64,000 nucleotides of DNA from Gammaproteobacteria bacterium (GCA_021773835.1 JAJFJQ010000062.1:207322-271321); one strand, 5' to 3'; positions 39,932 through 49,038 are shown, numbered from the stretch's first letter. The notes: generated by a model not told the origin, from the sequence alone. A program made the numbers and translations.

Positions 39932-40549
39932 CTAGTTGCTACCTGGCCGCTTCATCTCGAAGGTTTCACCGAGACGGGCGTAAGTGGCGCCACCCATCCG
40001 CATTATCGGCGCTGCTTCCACGGTGTCGAAACGGTCATCCTCGGTCAGAAGGACGTCTTGGACATGAACTGCGACCACGCGTCCGACAACCAACGCGGAA
40101 TGGCGTTCACCGGGCTGACTGGGTGGTAGATCGACGATACGGACGACTCTGCATTCTAGATTGGCGGCCGCCGCTTTGACGCGCGGAACCCCGACTGTGA
40201 CGCCTGGAGCGCACTCGAGACCTGCAAGTTCAAACTCGCTGACACCGGGCGCCGCAGTAGCAGAGGTGACATTCACAGCTTCGCGTAGGGCGTAGGAAGC
40301 AAAATTGGCGACAAATTCAGGTACCACTCTCACGTTGGCGAGCGTGTCCTTTTCTTCCCGGTCTGCGGCACCGTTGACGGAGAATGCGACCATTGGAGGT
40401 GAGGTCGAGATCGCGTTGAAGTAGGAAAACGGTGCAAGGTTTGGTCCGCCAAGCGCATTGACCGTACTAATCCAGCCGATTGGTCGCGGCGCAACAATCG
40501 CGTTCACAATCGATGGACGAAAATGCTCGTCGGTGCTTTTCATGAACAT
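39932..40549 (-). CDS. Flavin reductase (HpaC/NADH:FMN oxidoreductase-like domain)
   Basis: 205 aa with IVAPRPIGWISTVNALGGPNLAPFSYFNAISTSPPMVAFSV. Confidence 0.85.
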   Translation of the reverse strand: MFMKSTDEHFRPSIVNAIVAPRPIGWISTVNALGGPNLAPFSYFNAISTSPPMVAFSVNGAADREEKDTLANVRVVPEFVANFASYALREAVNVTSATAAPGVSEFELAGLECAPGVTVGVPRVKAAAANLECRVVRIVDLPPSQPGERHSALVVGRVVAVHVQDVLLTEDDRFDTVEAAPIMRMGGATYARLGETFEMKRPGSN

Positions 40550-40666
40550 GGCAGTTCCCTTGGCTGGCCTCAGACTTTAGTCCGGGTGAACGAGCAGGCC
40601 CGTTCTTCCGTAGCTATACAATTGACGAGAGTATGCTAAATTACTTAGCAAGCAAAGCATTATGCC

Positions 40667-41242
40667 TTGGCATCGATGACGACTAATCAGGACGTTCCGC
40701 GAATTCCTTTCGAGGATTTGCGTGAAGATATTGCCGATTCTCTCCGCGCCAAGTTCGAGCGCCTGGGTTACCTCGGTGAATTCTTCTCCGCAACGGCGCA
40801 CCAGCCTGACGCGCTGATGGCGTTCATACTTTTTACAGACGCAGCGAAGGCTGAACTCGATCTAAAATCGGTCGAATTGATCGCACTGACGGTTGCGACC
40901 ATGAAGGCCGTAGCCTACGAAAAGAATCAGCACGAACGCCTTAGCGTCAAGTCCGGTTTCGGACGTAAATGGGTGGCCGCCGTAGAAGCACTCGCACCTG
41001 AACGGCATGACACACTTAGCGAGAGCGAAAAGCGCATGCAGCGTTTCGTGATCGAAGCCGTACGTGCAGATGGCAAAAATATTACGCTATGGCGGCGCGC
41101 GCTCTGCGATGACCTTGGCCACGTCAAGACCATTGCCGTGATGATGGTTATGGCGCGTTATACGAGCCACGCCTTATTGGTCAACGCCCTAGACATTGGT
41201 GCTCCGGTACCTTCCATATTTGACAATACTGAAGGTGGCTGA
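40667..41242 (+). CDS. Carboxymuconolactone decarboxylase/AhpD-like family protein
   Basis: All-helical ~190 aa protein with a CxxxxH-like element (ALCDDLGH). The assignment is tentative. Confidence 0.45.
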   Translation: MASMTTNQDVPRIPFEDLREDIADSLRAKFERLGYLGEFFSATAHQPDALMAFILFTDAAKAELDLKSVELIALTVATMKAVAYEKNQHERLSVKSGFGRKWVAAVEALAPERHDTLSESEKRMQRFVIEAVRADGKNITLWRRALCDDLGHVKTIAVMMVMARYTSHALLVNALDIGAPVPSIFDNTEGG

Positions 41243-41269
41243 CGGTCAAAGCCACGAGGGAAATCCGAT

Positions 41270-42391
41270 ATGAACAACGCTGAACCAGTTATCGCGGATG
41301 AGAGCGGGAAACCGCTTGGGACTGTCACGCCCGACGCTGCGCGCCCGGGCGAGGATTGGCCACCATTGACAATCCGGCGCGCTGTCATCGAACGGGAGAT
41401 TGAGCGTCTGTGCGATATTTCAGTGCCCGAAAACGGTCGGCGTCAGGTGCAGTTTATCCACCCATCGGCTAATCCAGCAACACCCGGGCTCAATCCGGGA
41501 GTGCGTGTGATGTTGGAGGTGTTGCTGCCAGGTGAGCAAACCGCGCTCGGCCGGCACAATTCGACACAGGTCAATTTTTGTATTCGCGGGGCCGGTACGA
41601 CCGTGGTCGGCGCACGGCAGGTCCATTTCTCGCAATACGACGTGTGGAACATACCTTCTTACTCGCCTTACAGACATGTCAACGATTCCAAAGACGTGCA
41701 GGTTAGGCTGACCTATTCGAACGCGCCGCTATTGGAGATGTTACGGGTCCATTTGGTCGAAGAGAATCCATTGCCCGGCGCGAGTCTCGAATTGGCAGCG
41801 GCATCCACACCAAGTGCGAATAACCGTGGTCAGAGCCCATTCGGCACCTTCGCGATCGGTGACGATGGTGCACACCTGATGCCGTACGAGACGCTGATCA
41901 GTCCGTCACAGGTCGATTCACGCGCATTGCACTGGCCGTGGGCGGTGGTACAGGAAAAACTCGACCAACTGGCCGGGCTAGGCAGCGAGTACACTGGCCG
42001 GCGCCTGTATCTCATGTATAACCCGATGACCGGCCGCTCCAACGGCACCACGCCCAACTTTTTCGCAACCATTACGATCAGACCACCGAAGATTATCGAC
42101 CGGCCGCATCGCCACGTGTCTTCGGCAATCAACTATTATTTTCGGGGAAGCGGCTACAGCGTAGTCGAAGGTCAGCGTTACGAGTGGGAGGCTGGCGACC
42201 TGATGGTGTCTGCGCCGGGCTGGGCCGTGCATAACCATGCCTCGTATGACGAACCGGTTTACGAGCTGACGGTGCAGGATCAACCACTGCACATCATGAT
42301 GGAATCGCTGTTGTGGCAGGAAAGTATGAAGGAGCCCGCCGCGATTCTGGGCTCGGCGGTGGGTTTTGCGACCAACCGCGCAGCAGGCTGA
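41270..42391 (+). CDS. Bicupin protein, gentisate 1,2-dioxygenase-like
   Basis: 373 aa with two cupin modules (LLPGEQTALGRHNSTQ... and RPHRHVSSAINYYFRGSGYSVVEGQ). Confidence 0.55.
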   Translation: MNNAEPVIADESGKPLGTVTPDAARPGEDWPPLTIRRAVIEREIERLCDISVPENGRRQVQFIHPSANPATPGLNPGVRVMLEVLLPGEQTALGRHNSTQVNFCIRGAGTTVVGARQVHFSQYDVWNIPSYSPYRHVNDSKDVQVRLTYSNAPLLEMLRVHLVEENPLPGASLELAAASTPSANNRGQSPFGTFAIGDDGAHLMPYETLISPSQVDSRALHWPWAVVQEKLDQLAGLGSEYTGRRLYLMYNPMTGRSNGTTPNFFATITIRPPKIIDRPHRHVSSAINYYFRGSGYSVVEGQRYEWEAGDLMVSAPGWAVHNHASYDEPVYELTVQDQPLHIMMESLLWQESMKEPAAILGSAVGFATNRAAG

Positions 42392-42569
42392 GTCGATTAT
42401 CTGAGCGAGACTAGTGACACACCGAGCGTGCGCTACGACGTGCGCGCCGATTCACCAGTACAAACCACACGCCATCACCTCAGGATGACTTCCAGCCTCA
42501 GGGTCTGATGGTTTCAGAATCGCGTTATCGTGCGAACGGCTGATGTTCGTCAAATCGCTATCGCCTGCA

Positions 42570-42640
42570 ACTGTTAGGGGGTGACAAATTGTCACCAGCC
42601 TCTGACAACGATGACAGTACACCGGGTCATGGGCATCAGG
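42570..42640. promoter_or_regulatory. Cluster of TGACA-containing palindromes: GGTGACAAATTGTCACC at 42570-42586 and GTCATGGGCA-N5-TGCCCATGAC at 42616-42640
   Basis: Perfect inverted repeats ~140-200 bp upstream of the 42780 ORF. Confidence 0.4.
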
Positions 42641-42779
42641 TGCCCATGACAACCCCAGAAACACCACTAAAACCCAAATAGAATCACCACCACTATCAAA
42701 CCGCAACCCCGGAAAAGGCGCTCGCGGATCCACTATAAGTGGCGGTAGGGATTTACGTGATCTTGGATACCCGAGTGCT

Positions 42780-43445
42780 ATGTTGCCGATCGAATGCAGA
42801 GAAGCTCGCGCGAAGCTGGTGGGGCTTGCTGACGAGTTGGCGCAGCAGTTTCTCGACGAACTCGCGGCGAGTATCAAAAAGGGTGTCATCAAAACGACAC
42901 CGTTTGCCTATCTACGTGGATTGGTTAAATGTGCACGCGTCGGCACGTATGCCCCGGAGGGTGCGCTGACGATAGCGCGTCAACGACAATGTAAGGCCGC
43001 GGTCGACCTGGCATTAACGCGCGTAGTGCCGCTGGTACCGCTTATCCGATTGAGCCGGTCGACCCAGACAGCGCGTTGGTCAAGAGATTGCTCAACATCC
43101 GACAGCGCTCGGGTAGGTCAAACCACACAACGAATTAGTGACGTCGCCGACCTGTACGGCGGACGCTCGTGCGTGCGTATGTACGAAAAACGGCGATATC
43201 CGCAAGGCAATAGGAACGCACGGTTTAGAGCGAATTTATTGGATCGCATCGGCCACAACAAGACGTTGCGAGTATTAGTTAAAGTCAATAGGTTGGTGCC
43301 CTGGGCTCCAATTGAGCAAAAAGTAACCACCTGTCGAATATCGACACTTAACCGTGGATCGACGATTTTTTATTCCGATGGCGTATTTGGTAGTGACGGC
43401 TTAGTCGGTATTCGTTGGACCAGAGAGAAAATAACAAATCGTTAG
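42780..43445 (+). CDS. Hypothetical island protein (no recognisable family)
   Basis: 221 aa tracked ORF. Only the N-terminal ~90 aa look protein-like (ARAKLVGLADELAQQFLDELAASIKKG...). Confidence 0.3.
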   Translation: MLPIECREARAKLVGLADELAQQFLDELAASIKKGVIKTTPFAYLRGLVKCARVGTYAPEGALTIARQRQCKAAVDLALTRVVPLVPLIRLSRSTQTARWSRDCSTSDSARVGQTTQRISDVADLYGGRSCVRMYEKRRYPQGNRNARFRANLLDRIGHNKTLRVLVKVNRLVPWAPIEQKVTTCRISTLNRGSTIFYSDGVFGSDGLVGIRWTREKITNR

Positions 43446-44306
43446 ACGGACATCTTAAAGTCAATAGGTTGATGCCGCCGGCATCAAGATAGTGACTCTA
43501 GAATTCGTAGATGGGAGGAGTACCCGCCGGCGCGCCGGGCCCACGAGCATTGGCCTAGGGCCAATGCAACGTGTTTGTGTCTACGACACGCTGCAGTCGC
43601 CGACGTTGAGCGAAGGTCCGCGTCACTACACAAGCGAAGCGCAGTAGTGACGCGGACGAAATCGGTGCCTTGGGCCTTGCCCGCTGGGCCGATTCCTGAA
43701 CTGTGCACGAATGCCCCGCGAATTACGGTGGGAACCCCGCACGTCGGTGACTTGATTTATCCGGATGCCAGCTTCGCGCCCGTCTAGACTCATCCGGCGT
43801 GAACGATTTTATCCGTGGCCACTACGGCAAAGTGGCAACCAAGGCATCGTCGGACCGTGTAACCGATGCATCGGCGCAAGCCGCGGTCCATCTTCAAGCA
43901 AATGACAAACCAATCGGAGCGTCCATCCTCGCCGGCAGTTGCCAGCGATTCAATCATCGAGCGTCCGTTTAGCGAATGTTGCTTAGTGCTCATTTTTTTT
44001 AATGCAGTTAGCCGCTGCAATCTTAAAAGGAGGTGTTTAACCATTGTCGAAACTCACCCGGAAACGGGATCGTTGGATTGCGCGAGAACTTCTTCAACAG
44101 AGGAAAGCTCGCGTTGCCTGTAACCAGGCGCTTTTAGGTTGACTGGGACTGGTGCCCCATGACTGCTCCGCTGTAGCGGTCTTGCCAGCTTCGGCTGTCA
44201 GGAAAGTCGGAAACACTTACCGAAAATCGGAAGCACTGTGAGAAGCCTGAACTACCAACTGAAAATGCTGTGTCGGCATTCCCGCGAAGGGAGTTATGCG
44301 ACGCAG

Positions 44307-45101
44307 ATGAATCGCGAACGCATGCTGACTTTGATCGCGAATGAATTGCACGAGCTCGGATATCGCAAGATGAGCGAGCGTTCCTTGAAACCGAAACATA
44401 TCGATGCGTTAGTGAAGCATTGGTTTGATCAGCGCTTGTCGATCGGAACCATTAAGAACCGCATGGCCGTGATCCGCTGGTGGGCGCACAAGGCCGATAA
44501 GCAGAATGTCGTTGCACGTAGCAACGATCACTATGGGATCTCGGATCGACGATTCATTGCCGATGAATCGAAGGCTAAGTCGGTTACCGAATCGCAATTG
44601 GAAAAGATCGTAGATGCGCACGTCCGCATGAGCCTCGAACTTCAGCAAGCTTTCGGATTGCGTCGAGAAGAGGCGATGAAGATTCAACCGAGCTTCGCCG
44701 ACCGCGGTGACCACATCGTTCTGAAACCAAGTTGGACGAAAGGCGGTAAGGATCGTGCGATCCCGATCCGGACAGAAGCGCAGCGAGACGTGCTCGATCG
44801 TGCGCGGCAACTCGCCGGTCTTGGCTCGTTAATACCGAGCAATCGAAATTATGTCCAGCAGATGCGGATCTACGAGCGCGACACCGTGCGCGCTGGTCTG
44901 TCGAATATGCATGGACTACGGCACGCCTACGCACAGAATCGATACGAAGAATTAACTGGTTGGAAATGCCCCGCGGCCGGCGGCCCGGCAAAGGCATCGC
45001 TGATGTTTGAGCAACGGGTAGTCGATAGAGAGATGCGGCTAACGATCAGCCGTGAATTGGGCCATGAGCGCGAGCAAATCACGGCAGCCTATTGCGGGTA
45101 G
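44307..45101 (+). CDS. Tyrosine recombinase-family protein (second recombinase of the island)
   Basis: C-terminal HGLRHAYAQNRY...GHEREQITAAY motif (His-x-x-Arg ... Tyr). Start chosen at MNRERML with AAGGGAG upstream. The tracked ORF begins at 44238. Confidence 0.6.
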   Translation: MNRERMLTLIANELHELGYRKMSERSLKPKHIDALVKHWFDQRLSIGTIKNRMAVIRWWAHKADKQNVVARSNDHYGISDRRFIADESKAKSVTESQLEKIVDAHVRMSLELQQAFGLRREEAMKIQPSFADRGDHIVLKPSWTKGGKDRAIPIRTEAQRDVLDRARQLAGLGSLIPSNRNYVQQMRIYERDTVRAGLSNMHGLRHAYAQNRYEELTGWKCPAAGGPAKASLMFEQRVVDREMRLTISRELGHEREQITAAYCG

Positions 45102-45227
45102 CGATATCGTTCGTGAAGCGGACACACGCAGCCTGAAAAAACTACGCACTTCGTTGAATTGAATTACTGCAGCGGATCCGGTGCGTCCCTCGTAAGCTCC
45201 CGTTAAGCACACTTAACCAACCTGCGA

Positions 45228-45644
45228 ATGGCCGAAACCATACTGTTAACGATACCTGAAGTCGCAGAACATTTACGCGTCTCAGCCCGGACTGTTCACC
45301 GGCTTATCGCTGCGAAATCGTTACCGGTTTGCAAGGTTGGTCGCTCTGTTCGAATCAGAAGAGTCGACCTCGAGCGTTTTCTGGACCCCGAATCCACGAC
45401 GCCTGATAATAAGACCTGCACGGGGCCGGGTGTGCGTAACCGAGAGGAAAACGTATGCCATACCGTCGCAAAGACAGTACCGTTTGGTGGGCGTCTTACG
45501 TCGATGCAAGCGGACAAAGAGTTAGACGAACTACTGGAACAACGGACCATAAGGAGGCAAAAGCGCTCGAAGCCAAATGGAAGCTTGAAGCGTTCCGAAC
45601 AGGGCAGTGGGGCGAAGAGCCGAGCCGAACGTTCGCGGAGTTGA
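45228..45644 (+). CDS. AlpA-family (MerR-like HTH) excisionase/regulator
   Basis: MAETILLTIPEVAEHLRVSARTVHRLIAAKSLPVCKVGRSVRIRRVDLERFL. The tracked ORF runs on to 45644 and overlaps the integrase start out of frame, so the functional end is uncertain. Confidence 0.6.
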   Translation: MAETILLTIPEVAEHLRVSARTVHRLIAAKSLPVCKVGRSVRIRRVDLERFLDPESTTPDNKTCTGPGVRNREENVCHTVAKTVPFGGRLTSMQADKELDELLEQRTIRRQKRSKPNGSLKRSEQGSGAKSRAERSRS

Positions 45645-46543
45645 TGGTGCCTTATCTAAAGGCGACAGCAACTAAGAAACGCAGTCATGAACGCGATCGA
45701 TACCTAGTCGCGAGATTGCGCGAATTTTTCGGTGAGCATGATCTTCGGTCTTTAAGTCCCCGAGACGTTCGAGCCTATATTGAGCATCGCCAAAGCAAGC
45801 ACGTAGGGCCGGCGACTATAAATCGGGAACTGGGCCTCTTATCCGCGGCACTCAATTGGGCAAAGCGGGACCTGGAGTGGCAGTTACCGAACCCAATAAT
45901 GGGTCGTCTGCTGCAGCCGCCGGAAGGACGGCTACGTTGGCTAAGTCGGCAGGAAGCAGACCGATTGATCGCGGCGGCGCGTAAGCAAAGCCGAGCGAAA
46001 TATTTGGTCGACTTTCTTGAACTGGCTTTGCACACGGGCATGCGCCGGGGCGAGATGCTCAACCTGGAGTGGCAGCGGGTCGATCTTGATGAGGGGCTGG
46101 TCTACTTACGCGGGGCGAATCAGAAGAACGGCAAGTTTGGGAGCGTGCCATTGAACGCAACCGCGAAAGCCGCTTTGGTACGTCGCGATGCGTTCAGACG
46201 GGAAAACTGTCCCTCGTCGTCCTGGGTGTTCGCGCACAAGGACGGCGAACGCGTTGCATCTGTGAAATGCTCGTTCGCAACTGCGTGCGCCACGGCCGGG
46301 ATCGAGGATTTTCGGATCCACGATTTACGCCATTGTTGTGCCGCGTGGCTGGTGCAGGCGGGTGTTTCAATCCGGGCTGTCGCCGAGCTGCTGAGGCACT
46401 CGGATATCCGCGTCACGATGCGCTACGCCCATTTGGCACCGGAAACTGTGCGCGCCGCGGTCTCAGTCTTGGATGCTGAGTCACGATTTGGTCACGGTGC
46501 AGACTTGGATAAACGCGAAAAGGAGGTTAACGCGTTGATTTAA
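45455..46543 (+). CDS. int: Site-specific tyrosine integrase (phage/P4-like)
   Basis: 362 aa with an arm-binding-like N-terminus and HDLRHCCAAWLVQAGVSIRAVAELLRHSDIRVTMRYAHL catalytic box. Its stop lies 1 nt before the tRNA-Val 3' end. Confidence 0.9.
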   Translation: MPYRRKDSTVWWASYVDASGQRVRRTTGTTDHKEAKALEAKWKLEAFRTGQWGEEPSRTFAELMVPYLKATATKKRSHERDRYLVARLREFFGEHDLRSLSPRDVRAYIEHRQSKHVGPATINRELGLLSAALNWAKRDLEWQLPNPIMGRLLQPPEGRLRWLSRQEADRLIAAARKQSRAKYLVDFLELALHTGMRRGEMLNLEWQRVDLDEGLVYLRGANQKNGKFGSVPLNATAKAALVRRDAFRRENCPSSSWVFAHKDGERVASVKCSFATACATAGIEDFRIHDLRHCCAAWLVQAGVSIRAVAELLRHSDIRVTMRYAHLAPETVRAAVSVLDAESRFGHGADLDKREKEVNALI

Positions 46544-46544
46544 T

Positions 46545-46619
46545 TGGTGGGCGATACTGGGATCGAACCAGTGACCCCTGCCGTGTGAAGGCAGTGCTCT
46601 CCCGCTGAGCTAATCGCCC
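46545..46619 (-). tRNA. tRNA-Val (anticodon CAC)
   Basis: The reverse complement GGGCGATTAGCTCAGCGGGAGAGCACTGCCTTCACACGGCAGGGGTCACTGGTTCGATCCCAGTATCGCCCACCA folds as a cloverleaf, with CCA encoded. Confidence 0.85.
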
Positions 46620-46807
46620 CGAATTGGAGCCGGCATTCTAGGTTGGGCCTAGGGGGCGGTCAAATTCATCTAGTGCCGAGCTCCGCGCGGCCGCTGCGCC
46701 CTAAACGCTCAATAATTGTGAATTATTACCGAAATAATTATTGAACCAGTTCTCAGCCACGGGTACTCACCAGGTATAGTTACAATAGTGTGACGGGGAG
46801 CACAGAC

Positions 46808-47386
46808 ATGACTAATTTTACCAGGGCGTTGGTCTTAAGCATCGCCTTATCGTTACCGGTTGCTGCCAATGCAGCGATGTGGGAATTCGCCGGCTTTATG
46901 GATGACGACCAAGCAATGACGTCAACCGTGCCTGATCCATACTTCGGCGGCGGCTTCGTTAGCGCGTTGCTGGATACGGATACGGGTGTCCTTGAATGGT
47001 TCATCTCGTTCGGCGGGCTTACCTCGGACGAGACCGTCTCCCATTTTCATTTGGCACCACCCGGTGCGGGGGGCGGAGTCGTGCAAACGCTTGTTAGTGA
47101 GAGCGTTAGGGCCGGTAGCCCGACGGCCGGTTCCTATGTCGGCTCGGCCATCCTGGATGCGGGCAAGATCGCCTCTCTTACGACGAACTCACTTACCGAC
47201 ATGGAAGAACACATCGTAGGGGACGTGACGGACTGGTACGTCAATATCCATACGGAAAATTGGACGGGCGGGGAAATTCGTGGTCAGCTTATTGTAAGCG
47301 GTATAACTGTTGTCCCGTTGCCTGCTGCTGTGTGGTTGTTCCTACCTGCGATTGCCATGTTGGCGAGGGTGGGACGAAGACAGTAA
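46808..47386 (+). CDS. CHRD-domain secreted protein with VPLPA-type C-terminal sorting tail (PEP-CTERM variant)
   Basis: Signal peptide MTNFTRALVLSIALSLPVAANA. CHRD-like VNIHTENWTGGEIRGQL. C-terminus VPLPAAVWLFLPAIAMLARVGRRQ (motif, TM helix, basic tail). Confidence 0.6.
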   Translation: MTNFTRALVLSIALSLPVAANAAMWEFAGFMDDDQAMTSTVPDPYFGGGFVSALLDTDTGVLEWFISFGGLTSDETVSHFHLAPPGAGGGVVQTLVSESVRAGSPTAGSYVGSAILDAGKIASLTTNSLTDMEEHIVGDVTDWYVNIHTENWTGGEIRGQLIVSGITVVPLPAAVWLFLPAIAMLARVGRRQ

Positions 47387-47503
47387 GCAGCTCGATACCG
47401 TAGAACAAAAAATCTCGCTTATAGCGGGATTTTTTTTGTTTCGAGCATTAAACAGCAGTGGAATTGCCTATAATTCGCCCTCGTTCAAACACAGCAGCAC
47501 GCC

Positions 47504-48913
47504 ATGTCCGTCGTTACCCGTTTCCCACCCAGCCCTACCGGCTACCTACACGTCGGTAGTGTACGCACCGCCTTATTTAATTGGCTTTACGCGCGCAAAG
47601 TGGGTGGTAAGTTTATCCTACGCATCGAAGACACCGACCGCGCGCGTTCAAGCCAGGAGGCGGTGGATATTATTTTTGCGGGCATGGAATGGCTTGGCCT
47701 CGACTACGACGAAGGGCCGTATTTTCAGACGCAACGCTTCGATCGCTATGGCGAAGTGATTGAGCAATTACTCGCGCAAGATAAGGCCTACCATTGTTAC
47801 TGTTCAAAAGACCGCCTCGAAACACTGCGCGCAGAGCAAATGGCGCAAAAACTGAAGCCGCGCTATGACGGTCGATGTCGAGATCGAATAGGTGCGCCGC
47901 CTCAGGGTATTGCGCCGGTTGTTCGCTTGAAGACGCCGCGAGAAGGTGCGGTAGCGATCGAGGATAAAGTGCACGGCTATATAACGACCAGCAATTTAGA
48001 ACTCGACGACCTTGTAATTTCGCGTTCCGACGGTACGCCAACCTACCATCTGACGGTTGTCGTCGACGATATCGACATGGGCGTTACCCATATCATCCGC
48101 GGCGACGATCACATTAACAACACACCGCGCCAAGTTCACATCATCGAAGCACTTGATGCGCCGCGTCCGCTTTATGCGCATGTACCGATGATCAATGGCG
48201 CGGACGGTAAAAAATTGTCGAAACGCCATGGCGCCGTGAGCGTGCTCGAATTTCGCGAACAGGGATTCCTACCCGATGCGCTCACGAACTATTTAGCTCG
48301 CCTCGGCTGGGCACATGGCGATCAAGAAATATTCACCCGCGCTGAACTCATCAACGCGTTTGATTTCGATGGCTTAAACAAATCAGCCGCAACCTTCGAT
48401 TGGGACAAGCTCTTATGGCTGAACCAACAGTACATACAAAACGCTGAACCGGCAGCGCTGCTGGCATTGGCCGCACCATACCTCGAGAGTGCGCAGCTGC
48501 AGCTCGACAAAGGCCCGGATATCGCCGCGGCGGTTGAAGCGCAGCGCACTAGAGCGAAGACCTTGGTCGAGATTGCCGAGCAAAGCCATATGTTCTACGG
48601 TGAATTCATACGCGATGAAGCCGCCGCCAAGAAACATCTGCGGCCGGTTATCGGGCCCGCTTTAAAGGCGATCCAAGGAAAGTTCGCCGCCGTTGAGACG
48701 TGGCATGGAACAGAGCTTAAAGACATCGTTGAGCAGACGGCGGCAGAATTCGATATGAAGATGGGCAAAGTTGCGCAGCCCCTGCGCGTCGCTGTGACGG
48801 GGTCGTCTGCGTCGCCTTCGATCGACACCACGCTCGAACTGATTGGCCGTGAACGTTGCTTGGAGCGTCTCGATGCAGCACTTATTTACATCGCTGAGCG
48901 TGCGGTTGCTTGA
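47504..48913 (+). CDS. gltX: Glutamyl-tRNA synthetase
   Basis: 469 aa with HVGSVRTALFNWLYARK (HIGH region) and KLSKRHG (KMSKS). Confidence 0.95.
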   Translation: MSVVTRFPPSPTGYLHVGSVRTALFNWLYARKVGGKFILRIEDTDRARSSQEAVDIIFAGMEWLGLDYDEGPYFQTQRFDRYGEVIEQLLAQDKAYHCYCSKDRLETLRAEQMAQKLKPRYDGRCRDRIGAPPQGIAPVVRLKTPREGAVAIEDKVHGYITTSNLELDDLVISRSDGTPTYHLTVVVDDIDMGVTHIIRGDDHINNTPRQVHIIEALDAPRPLYAHVPMINGADGKKLSKRHGAVSVLEFREQGFLPDALTNYLARLGWAHGDQEIFTRAELINAFDFDGLNKSAATFDWDKLLWLNQQYIQNAEPAALLALAAPYLESAQLQLDKGPDIAAAVEAQRTRAKTLVEIAEQSHMFYGEFIRDEAAAKKHLRPVIGPALKAIQGKFAAVETWHGTELKDIVEQTAAEFDMKMGKVAQPLRVAVTGSSASPSIDTTLELIGRERCLERLDAALIYIAERAVA

Positions 48914-49038
48914 CACCTAATAGCGCCTAACGTAGTCTGCGCGACCTCGAACGAGTAGCCGCTAAAGAGCTGAAAAAGCAAAGGTTTATTCCAGCTTTTA
49001 CTTTTTCACCAAGCACCTTAAACTGCCTGCTCGCGCAT

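Larger units (their letters stand above)
29365..46619. mobile_element. ~17 kb genomic island integrated at tRNA-Val(CAC), carrying a catabolic gene cargo
   Basis: A P4-type tyrosine integrase abuts the intact tRNA. There is a direct repeat of the tRNA 3' half at the far end. The island also holds an AlpA-like excisionase, HigBA and an IS6 remnant. Confidence 0.75.

Noticed and set aside
42452-42892. 146-aa minus-strand ORF in the island's internal intergenic region
   Set aside because: It has a low-complexity, Cys/Ser/Pro-rich translation and overlaps the palindromic operator cluster. It is unlikely to be a gene.
45228-45644. Full 138-aa extent of the AlpA-like ORF
   Set aside because: Only the first ~65 aa match the AlpA/excisionase HTH. 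The remainder overlaps the integrase N-terminus in another frame and is probably not translated as such. It is kept as a feature with an uncertain end.
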